Below, in pieces: positions 22,435 through 30,127 of a stretch of DNA of 32,512 bases. Each line of letters opens with the position of its first letter. The stretch's first letter is position 1. Below the pieces are notes generated by a model. It saw only the letters and a program-made list of their open reading frames with translations, searched no databases and was not told the DNA's origin. Source of the stretch: a virus; IMG/VR virus record IMGVR_UViG_3300012930_000010, positions 1 through 32,512 of that record. One strand, written 5' to 3'. The translations under genes were made by a program, and so were the position numbers.

Positions 22435-23913
22435 ATGGCAGACCGATTCAAAAGCGGTGACCCGGTAAAGGTGATGCTCTCGAAAAAGCACACTCTCGCG
22501 GCCGACGATGAGATGGTGGAGCACGCGGCAAAATTCGTGCGCTATCTCCCCGATGAATGGGCCGAAGTGGAGCTCGACTCGCATCACTCGATCGATGCCG
22601 GCCGCAAAGTGTTCACCCTCAGCGTGCCGATCTCGCAGCTCGTCGCCGCAGTGCTTCTGCTCTTCCTGTTCGTGGCGCCAGCCAACGCGCAGTTTCTCGG
22701 TTACACTTCGCCGCAAACCGTCAACGCAAAAGTATTCAGCGGACAAACCACCGCGGCGGTCACTCCGTCCAGCTTCGTAAACAATTGTGCCCCCACCAAC
22801 GGCGCGCCGTGCTCCATCCCTAACATCGGCCAGAGCATCCATTCGGTGACCTACAGCATTTCGAGCCCCTGCACCGTTGGTTTCTTTATGGACCTGCGCC
22901 TGGAGGCGTCCAACGACGGCACGAATTGGTTTTCGATTTCGCAAGACGGCACGGACCAAAACAGCGGTTCGGTGCAAGGTTCCAGCAGCGCTGGACTGAC
23001 TGCGATCGGCTCGTATGCCGGCTATCGCCTGAATCTCGTCTCGATCTCTTGCCTGAATGGCGGCACACCGTCGGTCACCGCGTTTTATTCCGGCACGTCG
23101 ACGTCGGCGCCCGCGCCTGCGGACCTTTTCTATCAAAGCAACCCGTACCGCAAGCTGATCCTGCAAAATCAGCCGACGACGAACGCCGTCACGCAGCCGG
23201 CCGTCACCATCGGCGCGCCCAACGGCAACACTGCCGGCGCGCTTTATATTTCGTGCTTCATCGCCGCGAACGGCTCCACCACTTCGTGCCCCGCTGCCAT
23301 GACCGTCACCGTGACGGGCTTCATTGCGTTCGGCGCATCGATCGGCGGCGGCGGTGGGGGTAACATCACGTCGGGATTCAATGTCTACGGCATCAATCCC
23401 ACCGTCGCGCCCGTCACGCAGATTTTCAGTGTGCCGGCGATCAGCATGACCTTTAGTTTCGGCGGCACGGGCACCGCCGGCGTGAGCTGGTCGATCTACT
23501 ACCTCTCGAACTCCACTCCGAGTTCCAATTTCGTCGCCGATCCATGCGCCACTTCCGGCAGCGTGAAGAAAAACGTCTCGATAAATATCACCACCGGCGC
23601 CACCACGTTGCTCGTGCTGGGCGTCGTCCAGCAAACGACTTACGTTTGCGAAATAACGCTGGACATGACTGCCACGGCTGCGACCGCCGATACAATTTTC
23701 TTCGAGCAAGGGTCTGGCGCGACCTGCACCGCACCAGCAGTTCTCTCGGGAACGTTCAGCAGTGGTTTACTTTCTGCTGGCGCCACCGTCATTCCGATTG
23801 GGAGCGGCACTTCCACAATCTTAAGTGGAACGACGGGCTTCAGTCTCTGCGCGGTGAGTGCAGTGGGAACGACGCCGAATATCGCGCTGCATTTCGTCTA
23901 CGTGCAGCAGTGA
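22435..23913 (+). CDS. Large beta-rich Ser/Thr/Gly-rich protein with an internal signal-anchor, 492 aa (spike or fibre-like)
   Basis: N-terminal ~65-aa soluble domain, then LVAAVLLLFLFVAPANA-QF, then ~400 aa of beta-rich, low-charge sequence. Confidence 0.75.
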   Translation: MADRFKSGDPVKVMLSKKHTLAADDEMVEHAAKFVRYLPDEWAEVELDSHHSIDAGRKVFTLSVPISQLVAAVLLLFLFVAPANAQFLGYTSPQTVNAKVFSGQTTAAVTPSSFVNNCAPTNGAPCSIPNIGQSIHSVTYSISSPCTVGFFMDLRLEASNDGTNWFSISQDGTDQNSGSVQGSSSAGLTAIGSYAGYRLNLVSISCLNGGTPSVTAFYSGTSTSAPAPADLFYQSNPYRKLILQNQPTTNAVTQPAVTIGAPNGNTAGALYISCFIAANGSTTSCPAAMTVTVTGFIAFGASIGGGGGGNITSGFNVYGINPTVAPVTQIFSVPAISMTFSFGGTGTAGVSWSIYYLSNSTPSSNFVADPCATSGSVKKNVSINITTGATTLLVLGVVQQTTYVCEITLDMTATAATADTIFFEQGSGATCTAPAVLSGTFSSGLLSAGATVIPIGSGTSTILSGTTGFSLCAVSAVGTTPNIALHFVYVQQ

Positions 23914-23927
23914 CCGGGGGGAGACCC

Positions 23928-26333
23928 ATGCTTGGGAGATGCATCGTTCGCCACCGGATAGCGCTAGTCATCCTCTTTTTTTTCGCGCTGAGTCATCTGG
24001 TCGATTGGGGACCGTTCAACCTGCTGGTGACTTTCGCGCAGACCACGCAGGTTACCGGCCAGGTGAAAGACGTGAACGGCATCCCGTACGCCGGCGCGTC
24101 GATGCGAGCTGGCCTGGTGTTCGCTGGCACGCCGGTCAGCAATCCCACCGTCACGATCAGCACGCTTTCGCAGTGCCGCGCCAACGGCTTCGGCTCCGCG
24201 CCCTGCCAGGTGCCGTTTAATCCCAGCAACGGACCCTTCACGCTCGACGGCACCGGAAACATTCCCGGCGGCGGCATCACGCTGCAAGACAATGCGCTGG
24301 TGACGCCCGCGGGAACGCAGTGGGCTTTCTCGGTCAGCACCCCCGGCGCACCGCCGCCCCTCGGCACCGGTCCACAAACGTGCAGCTCCACGCTGACGGT
24401 CACCGGCGCTTCGCAATCGGTTTCCCCTAGTTTCATCGCTTGCCCCGCGCTCAGTACGGCCAGTGCCGCAACGGGAGGACTAGTCTCCGTAACAGGCGTT
24501 TACCTTAGCCCTAGTTGTATAGGTAACACACCGCCTTGCATTAATATCCCCACCGGCGGCGGATGCTACACAGGCACCAACCCGCAGGGAGGCACCGGGC
24601 CGCAGACCAGCAACTCTAGCGGATTGATCACCTTTAGCAGTGGCTTCCCGACGAATCCACCGCCGCAGATCGGGCAACTTGCTTGGGTCATGCAGATCCC
24701 TCCGAGCTCCGCCGCGAGCATGGGGAATTTTTGCGACACTCAGTACAACGCGAACATCGAGAGCCTGAACTACGTCGAAACCGTTTTGTGTGGCAACACG
24801 TTTCAGAACGGCGGGCTCCCTATAACGATCACGGCCATCAACCCCGGCGTGTCCCTCACGCTCTCGCGCAACTGCAACAGCACCCAAAACGGGACGAATG
24901 CCATCCTCTTCTACGCGCCGAATATCTATTCGCAGATGGTCCTCGCCTGCGAGAACCTCGTTGGCGGGGTCGCCCTTGGCGGGGTGAACGTTCATCTCGC
25001 TCTAGGACTCTACTCGTTGGACAACACTGGAAACGGGACGCAAAGCGCCTGCGGATGCGTGCAGCTCGTCGGCTGCACTCCGAACACCTATGTAAACGGC
25101 GGATTGAGCGGTGAGAACGTCGGCCTGACGCAGATCTATACGCCGCCCTGGTACAACCACAACGGCGACCTGGGGACAATCTTGGCTGGCGGGAACGTCC
25201 ATGACATTTTAATAGATGGGCAATGGGTTAACATCGCAGCCGCTGGAAATCACGGAACTGTTTGGGATGGGACCGGCTGCGGGTCGTACAACTTTGCCAT
25301 CGTTGGCTACAATCTCGCGGGCGCAGGCGGCGTCTCCGAAACGATTTATGCCAATAGCAGCGTGAGCCCGTTGACCAACTCGTGTGAGATGCGTAACTTC
25401 TACATCGCCACCGCCGACAGCGCACTTGCTTTGCAAGGTGGCGGTGGGACTGGCACGCAAGGCAACTTTCAAAATGCAGTGATCATTTCACGGAACCCGG
25501 CTTTTATATGCCCCTTTGCCGCCTCTGGTAACGGAACGTACAATATCAATGGGGGATACTATAGCTCGTCCGGGCGCAACCGCGCGGGGGGAACGGGCGG
25601 CGTGATCGCCTGCCCGGAAGATTCGCAAAACCCTACCGGCGACAAATTCATCATCAGCAACGCGGCCCTTTGCATGACCAACGGGACGAACATCCCGGCT
25701 ATTAATTTCACCGAAACGTCCGGCTCGGTTGTCCTGAACAACGTCACCGTTAACTCTTCTCCGTCTTGCACTCCTGGCGCCAACGCTGGAGGGATCACCA
25801 CAGCCAGCGGAGTCACCGTCCAGATGGAGCAAAGCACGATTAAAGCCACCGGGACGGGCAACACGGTCAACAATCCGGCAGGCGCAACGTTCTTCGACGG
25901 CATCAACAATACTTTTTCTGGTGGAGCTGGCTATACCGGCGCGGGTGTGCTGAACGCCGATGCTCACGCCGTCAAAGGTTCCTGCACCGGCACGGTGACG
26001 GCCTCTTCCACGCTGGGGCTCTATGGGACCGGTCCGAATGAAACGCTCACCCCTTGCACGTCGGCGGCGATCGGCACCGGGCTGGTCGTCAGCGGCGCCC
26101 GCACTTTGTTTGCGCTGAACTGCACGGCATCCGCGGCGGGGATCTCCGCTTCCGATGTCTGCATCGTCTTGCAGAATGGCGCCAACGTCGGAAGCTGCTC
26201 GCTCAATGCGGTGACTACCTGCACCGCAGCTCTAAACGTCGCACTAGCCGATGGTGACCGCATCTCTCTTGAAATCACCACCGGTGTGGCCGACACGCTG
26301 GCCAACGTCAAAGCTATCGCGGACTGGAACTAA
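23928..26333 (+). CDS. Large receptor-binding/spike-like protein, 801 aa: N-terminal TM or signal, Ig/carboxypeptidase-regulatory-like segment, Gly/Asn/Thr-rich beta-helix-like body
   Basis: ATG at 23928 with GGGGGA upstream; the track start at 23544 overlaps the previous gene out of frame. RIALVILFFFALSHLV, VTGQVKDVNGIPYAGASMRAG, then repetitive GxNxT-type strands. Confidence 0.75.
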   Translation: MLGRCIVRHRIALVILFFFALSHLVDWGPFNLLVTFAQTTQVTGQVKDVNGIPYAGASMRAGLVFAGTPVSNPTVTISTLSQCRANGFGSAPCQVPFNPSNGPFTLDGTGNIPGGGITLQDNALVTPAGTQWAFSVSTPGAPPPLGTGPQTCSSTLTVTGASQSVSPSFIACPALSTASAATGGLVSVTGVYLSPSCIGNTPPCINIPTGGGCYTGTNPQGGTGPQTSNSSGLITFSSGFPTNPPPQIGQLAWVMQIPPSSAASMGNFCDTQYNANIESLNYVETVLCGNTFQNGGLPITITAINPGVSLTLSRNCNSTQNGTNAILFYAPNIYSQMVLACENLVGGVALGGVNVHLALGLYSLDNTGNGTQSACGCVQLVGCTPNTYVNGGLSGENVGLTQIYTPPWYNHNGDLGTILAGGNVHDILIDGQWVNIAAAGNHGTVWDGTGCGSYNFAIVGYNLAGAGGVSETIYANSSVSPLTNSCEMRNFYIATADSALALQGGGGTGTQGNFQNAVIISRNPAFICPFAASGNGTYNINGGYYSSSGRNRAGGTGGVIACPEDSQNPTGDKFIISNAALCMTNGTNIPAINFTETSGSVVLNNVTVNSSPSCTPGANAGGITTASGVTVQMEQSTIKATGTGNTVNNPAGATFFDGINNTFSGGAGYTGAGVLNADAHAVKGSCTGTVTASSTLGLYGTGPNETLTPCTSAAIGTGLVVSGARTLFALNCTASAAGISASDVCIVLQNGANVGSCSLNAVTTCTAALNVALADGDRISLEITTGVADTLANVKAIADWN

Positions 26334-26335
26334 AA

Positions 26336-26659
26336 TTGAATGGCCCCCGGTATGAAGCCAGCGAGACTGTCGAAGGGCGATTGGCGGCGGTGGTGAAGGA
26401 GCTTCTCCACACCATCGAGGAACGCAATCGCCGCGAAAAACGCCACGACATCGTGGACTATGCTGACATCCGCGAAGCCCTCCGCCCCTACGTGCAAAAA
26501 GAAATCGTCCACGCGCGCATCCAGGAAGTGACCGCCGCCCGCAACGAAGGCCGCAACCGACTAGTAGCCCGAGAAGCCGCGCTCCAGCAAGAACTGGCTA
26601 CCCTGGAAGGCCAGATTGTTGCCAGGAAACCAGCCCAAAAAAGCGAAGGTCCACGGTGA
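26336..26659 (+). CDS. Coiled-coil hypothetical protein, 107 aa (TTG start)
   Basis: Only a TTG at 26336 opens the frame, 2 nt after the upstream TAA. GTGA overlap with the next gene. Confidence 0.55.
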   Translation: MNGPRYEASETVEGRLAAVVKELLHTIEERNRREKRHDIVDYADIREALRPYVQKEIVHARIQEVTAARNEGRNRLVAREAALQQELATLEGQIVARKPAQKSEGPR

Positions 26660-26898
26660 ACGAAGCCACTGTAGCGTTGCTGGTATTTTTGCTGGGCGTG
26701 GCCTTCGCCGCCGGCGCTTACGCCGCCAGCGCGCGCGCCGCTCGCAAACAAATCAACGGCCTGGGCGGCCGCGTGAACCGCGTGCAGCACGATGCCAACC
26801 GCCGCATCGATCGCGTCACCCTGGCGATGGTGCACATCTGCCCGGACGCCAAGCGCGAAGAGCTGCTGAAAATCCTGCTGGAGGAAAAACAAGAGTGA
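26656..26898 (+). CDS. Small N-terminally anchored membrane protein, 80 aa
   Basis: GTG in a GTGA overlap; TVALLVFLLGVAFAAGAYAA. Confidence 0.6.
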   Translation: MNEATVALLVFLLGVAFAAGAYAASARAARKQINGLGGRVNRVQHDANRRIDRVTLAMVHICPDAKREELLKILLEEKQE

Positions 26899-27014
26899 TC
26901 GTCGCCCTCTGGATTCTCGCCTGCGTCCTGTTTGTGGTTTGGGCGCGCGGGGATCTCCCGCGGGTGCTGCGGCGAATCGAAGATTTCCTGTACTGGCTGC
27001 GACGCAGGAAATAA
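26895..27014 (+). CDS. Small membrane protein, 39 aa
   Basis: GTG in a GTGA overlap; IVALWILACVLFVVWARG followed by a basic tail. Confidence 0.5.
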   Translation: MIVALWILACVLFVVWARGDLPRVLRRIEDFLYWLRRRK

Positions 27015-27017
27015 TTA

Positions 27018-27056
27018 AATTGTGCTTCTTGATTTGCACCGCGCAGCGAGTATAGA
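27018..27056 (+). promoter_or_regulatory. 17-nt motif AATTGTGCTTCTTGATT (copy 1), readable as -35 TTGATT, 16-nt spacer, -10 TATAGA
   Basis: Identical 17-mer at 29169..29185; intergenic. Confidence 0.45.
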
Positions 27057-27081
27057 CAGTGGCAACGCATGGACACACTAG

Positions 27082-27128
27082 CGGGGCAGGCGGCTCATCA
27101 ACCGAGAGACTCAGCCTGCCCCGTTTCT
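27082..27128 (+). terminator. Intrinsic-terminator-like hairpin (CGGGGCAGGC ... GCCTGCCCCG, 22-nt loop, then TTTCT)
   Basis: 10-bp perfect GC-rich stem. It lies between motif copy 1 and the SD/ATG at 27156. Confidence 0.45.
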
Positions 27129-27155
27129 AAGTTGGAAAGAGAAAATAGAAAACCA

Positions 27156-27449
27156 ATGGCTCTCGCCCGCTACTCCGCAAAAATCGATTCCGACAATCGC
27201 GTGCGCGTGATCCACATCTTCGTGGGCGATAGCGAGAGCGCCGTCGACGCTGCCCAGCAAAAACACGCCGATGGCTGCAAAGCCTACGGCCCGGCCGTCA
27301 AAGAAGAAAAAACCATCGACATCGACGTGGAAGTGGACGACCTGCCGGAAGGCGACGAAGAGTCCCTGCTGGAATTTCTGGAGATCGATCCCGGCGATGA
27401 ACCCGAAACCGCCGATGACGATGACGACGACGAAGAGGACGACGAATGA
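27156..27449 (+). CDS. Small acidic protein with a poly-Asp/Glu tail, 97 aa
   Basis: ATG at 27156 with GGAAAGAG upstream. MALARYSAKIDSDNRVRVIHIFVGD...ETADDDDDDEEDDE. Confidence 0.65.
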   Translation: MALARYSAKIDSDNRVRVIHIFVGDSESAVDAAQQKHADGCKAYGPAVKEEKTIDIDVEVDDLPEGDEESLLEFLEIDPGDEPETADDDDDDEEDDE

Positions 27450-28018
27450 GGCGGCCGATGCGGCCAACTCGGCGGCTCGGCGATCTTGGGCTGCTCTCGC
27501 CCGCGGACATCCAGGTGTACGCAGCGAACGCCGGCTTCTCCGGACAGGATCTGGCGACGGCCGTGGCCATCGCGCTGGCGGAAAGTTTTCCCTCCGGCAA
27601 TCCGAACAGCTACAACCCGGAAACGAAAGCTGCCGGCGGCACTCCGCAGGGGCAAGGCTCGTATGGCCTCTGGCAAATTTATTTGAAGAAGCATCCGGAG
27701 TTCGCCGGCGCCAATCTCTACGATCCGCAGACCAACGCGAACGCCGCGTATTCCATTTATTCGCGCCGCGGCGGCTTCTCCGATTGGTCCACCTACACCA
27801 GCGGCGACTATGCGCAGTACCTTCCCTCGATCCCGCCGGCATCATCTGTTCCGTTGACGCTCGACGCCAGCACCGGCCAGCCGATCGACGACTCGACTCC
27901 CACTCCCCTGCTCACTCCCGCGCAAGCAAATCTTTTGTCCGCCGCATCCTCCAATCCGCTTTACGCCGCAGTGGCTCTCGGCGTCGGCGCCGCGATCCTC
28001 TGGGACGTGCTCTCGTGA
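27446..28018 (+). CDS. Lysozyme-like lytic transglycosylase with an N-terminal RRLGDLGLL motif and a C-terminal TM anchor, 190 aa
   Basis: ATGA overlap. AIALAES (catalytic Glu context), SYGLWQI, AAYSIY. C-terminal LYAAVALGVGAAILWDVLS. Confidence 0.7.
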   Translation: MRRPMRPTRRLGDLGLLSPADIQVYAANAGFSGQDLATAVAIALAESFPSGNPNSYNPETKAAGGTPQGQGSYGLWQIYLKKHPEFAGANLYDPQTNANAAYSIYSRRGGFSDWSTYTSGDYAQYLPSIPPASSVPLTLDASTGQPIDDSTPTPLLTPAQANLLSAASSNPLYAAVALGVGAAILWDVLS

Positions 28019-28161
28019 GCGACACGAAAACCTGCCACGGTTGCGATGGCAAAGGTTGGGTCACTGTCGAAGACATAGTGAATGGCGTCTTCGGTGCAGA
28101 CGTTCGTCGAATTCCAAAAAAATGCCCGGTCTGCGACGGCAAGGGGAAAATCCCACAATGA
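28015..28161 (+). CDS. Stand-alone DnaJ-type zinc-finger mini-protein, 48 aa (CHGCDGKG ... CPVCDGKG)
   Basis: GTG in a GTGA overlap and ATGA overlap with the next gene; not in the ORF track as a separate gene. Confidence 0.6.
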   Translation: MSDTKTCHGCDGKGWVTVEDIVNGVFGADVRRIPKKCPVCDGKGKIPQ

Positions 28162-28763
28162 ACGACGCCGCCGAACGCGAGCTGATGACGCGGATCCAGA
28201 AACAGTACGGGCCGCTGCTCGTGTCCACCCAAACCGCCAGCGGGGTCCCCGCGGCGTTCTTTGCCGCGCTGATCGCCAACGAGACGGGAGGCAAACCCGA
28301 TGCCACGCGCTTCGAGCCAGGTGTGTTTACAGCTCTCGCGGAAGTTCTGCTGGGACGAAAAGCGCATTATGGGAGCCTCGGCGCACAGGATCTCGCTCCG
28401 TGGGTCGATCCAGCAGCGGGACAGGCTGGAATCCAGGCTGCCGTCGCTGTTACTGTCCTCAAAAAGCTTGCGGACCTTGCGACTAGCTGGGGCCTCACAC
28501 AGATCATGGGCTATGAAGCCGTCGCGTTTCACCTGATCGATGGCGTGGCGGCGCTGGCTTCGCCGGTCACATCGATGGCCCGCACCACGATCATGCTGAA
28601 AGAGTTTGCGCGTCGCAACAATCTCGACGTGTCCAAGAATTTTCCTGAACTCTTCGATTGCTGGAACACCGGACGGCCGCACGCGCCCACCGCGGATCCC
28701 ACGTATATCCCCGATGGCCTCGCGCGCATGGCGCTCTATCACTCGCTGGAATCCGACGTATGA
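28158..28763 (+). CDS. Second lysozyme-like/transglycosylase-family enzyme (soluble), 201 aa
   Basis: ATG at 28158. ALIANETGGKPDA (Glu), SWGLTQIMGYEA. Confidence 0.6.
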   Translation: MNDAAERELMTRIQKQYGPLLVSTQTASGVPAAFFAALIANETGGKPDATRFEPGVFTALAEVLLGRKAHYGSLGAQDLAPWVDPAAGQAGIQAAVAVTVLKKLADLATSWGLTQIMGYEAVAFHLIDGVAALASPVTSMARTTIMLKEFARRNNLDVSKNFPELFDCWNTGRPHAPTADPTYIPDGLARMALYHSLESDV

Positions 28764-28966
28764 GCCCTCAACTGCAATTGCTGCTGGACGCCACGGAGAA
28801 CACCGGCGCGGATTTTCTTTTTGGTTTGCTGGCATTCGCTACGCTGGCTTGTGCCGTGGCGATCTTGCTCTTCGCGGGCCTCGCGCTGCGCACCGCCTGG
28901 CGCTGGCTCGCCGGCCACACCTGGCGCGATGCCATCGTGGCCGCGGAGCGCCGAGCGCTACGATAA
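28760..28966 (+). CDS. Small membrane protein, 68 aa (holin or spanin-like position)
   Basis: ATGA overlap; FLFGLLAFATLACAVAILLFAGLAL. Confidence 0.6.
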   Translation: MSPQLQLLLDATENTGADFLFGLLAFATLACAVAILLFAGLALRTAWRWLAGHTWRDAIVAAERRALR

Positions 28967-28967
28967 A

Positions 28968-29183
28968 ATGCCCATCGTGGGAATAGCTGAACGGTTCGAA
29001 GCCGGCGTCACTCGATGCTATATATGCCGCAGGCTGCTCGAAGAGAAATTTTTAGTAGTCATCCCGGACATCCACGCAGGAAATTCTGTTTGTCTTCACT
29101 TCTGTCATGAGAATTGCTCACCCGTAGCCGTTCGCGAAACCGCCACGCATCGAGCAAACAATCCTCCGAATTGTGCTTCTTGA
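28968..29183 (+). CDS. Possible Cys-rich small protein, 71 aa
   Basis: ATG 1 nt after the upstream TAA. CYIC...CLHFCHENC. GC3 is only about 50%. Its last codons are motif copy 2. Confidence 0.3.
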   Translation: MPIVGIAERFEAGVTRCYICRRLLEEKFLVVIPDIHAGNSVCLHFCHENCSPVAVRETATHRANNPPNCAS

Positions 29184-29211
29184 TTCCGAATTCCCCGTGT
29201 GAGTAACTCAC
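29169..29211 (+). promoter_or_regulatory. 17-nt motif AATTGTGCTTCTTGATT (copy 2), readable as -35 TTGATT, 17-nt spacer, extended -10 TGaGTAACT; overlaps the 13-nt palindrome GTGAGTAACTCAC (29199..29211)
   Basis: Read directly; 23 nt upstream of the AGGAGA-ATG at 29234. Confidence 0.45.
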
Positions 29212-29233
29212 CAACGAAATAGGAGACACTTCA

Positions 29234-30127
29234 ATGGCCGCAGAAAACGTCCTGGCAACGCAAATCACCCTCGGGCTGCTCGGCTCCGGCGCGTTGCAGC
29301 TCCTCAAGAAAAGTTCGCTGGTCACCTTCGTGGACCAGCATTCGAAAGTGTTCAATCACGTGTTTTTGCTGGCCACGTCCGCCGCCGGCGCCCTGGGCGT
29401 GCACACCGCGTGGAACGCTTCGCAGCATTCGCTGGTGATCACCGGGCTGGACTTCGCCACCATCGCCGCATCGTTCTGGATCTGGGGCAAGCAATGGGCG
29501 GTGCAGTACCTAGTGCACCGCGGCGCGTTCGGCGCGGTCGCCGCCAGTCCCGCAGTTCCTGTTTCGAATCCGTCGCTATCGGTCAGCGGCAGCACAATCG
29601 GCGGCAACCTCGGCAAACCGATCGCGCGCATGCGCCTCGGTTTGAAGCTGGCGTTCGCGTTCACTTTTTTTGCCGTGCTCGCTTCCCTGCTCTTTGCCGG
29701 ATGCGCCGCGCAAAAGCCGGTGACTGCTGGCCAGTTGAATCAGACCGTCACCACGGTAATCGCCGATGCCGGCACCGTGGCGATCTCCGCCGAGCAAGCG
29801 TATCAGGCGGGAAAGATTCCGCAGACCGACGCCGCGCGCACCGCCATCAATGACCTGGGCGCCGCCTATGAACAATCCAAGCGGCTCTTCTCCCTGGTGC
29901 TGATTACCGAAGCCGCCTACAACGCCAAAGAGTCCGCGCAGATGCAAGCGTGCCAGCCGGCGAGCTCGCAGGGCGGCCTCGTTTCGGATCCCGCGAATTG
30001 CCAGGCGGCCACGCAAATCGTCCGCACCGCGAAAACTTCTGTGGATACCGCGCAAGCGAACCTCTCCGCATCGCTGCAGGCGCTCACCACGAAAACCGCC
30101 GCGGTCAAGGCGCTTCCCGTCCAATGA
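29234..30127 (+). CDS. Membrane protein, 297 aa: N-terminal multi-TM (holin-like) part, then an internal lipoprotein-type signal (MRLGLKLAFAFTFFAVLASLLFAGC)
   Basis: AGGAGA upstream. In-frame internal ATG at 29630 followed by a lipobox-like LFAGC. Confidence 0.7.
   Translation: MAAENVLATQITLGLLGSGALQLLKKSSLVTFVDQHSKVFNHVFLLATSAAGALGVHTAWNASQHSLVITGLDFATIAASFWIWGKQWAVQYLVHRGAFGAVAASPAVPVSNPSLSVSGSTIGGNLGKPIARMRLGLKLAFAFTFFAVLASLLFAGCAAQKPVTAGQLNQTVTTVIADAGTVAISAEQAYQAGKIPQTDAARTAINDLGAAYEQSKRLFSLVLITEAAYNAKESAQMQACQPASSQGGLVSDPANCQAATQIVRTAKTSVDTAQANLSASLQALTTKTAAVKALPVQ

Noticed and set aside
23544-23927. Upstream extension of the 929-aa ORF
   Set aside because: It overlaps the 3' end of gene 22435..23913 out of frame and gives an Arg/His-rich product. 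ATG 23928 has an SD and begins with a TM or signal segment.
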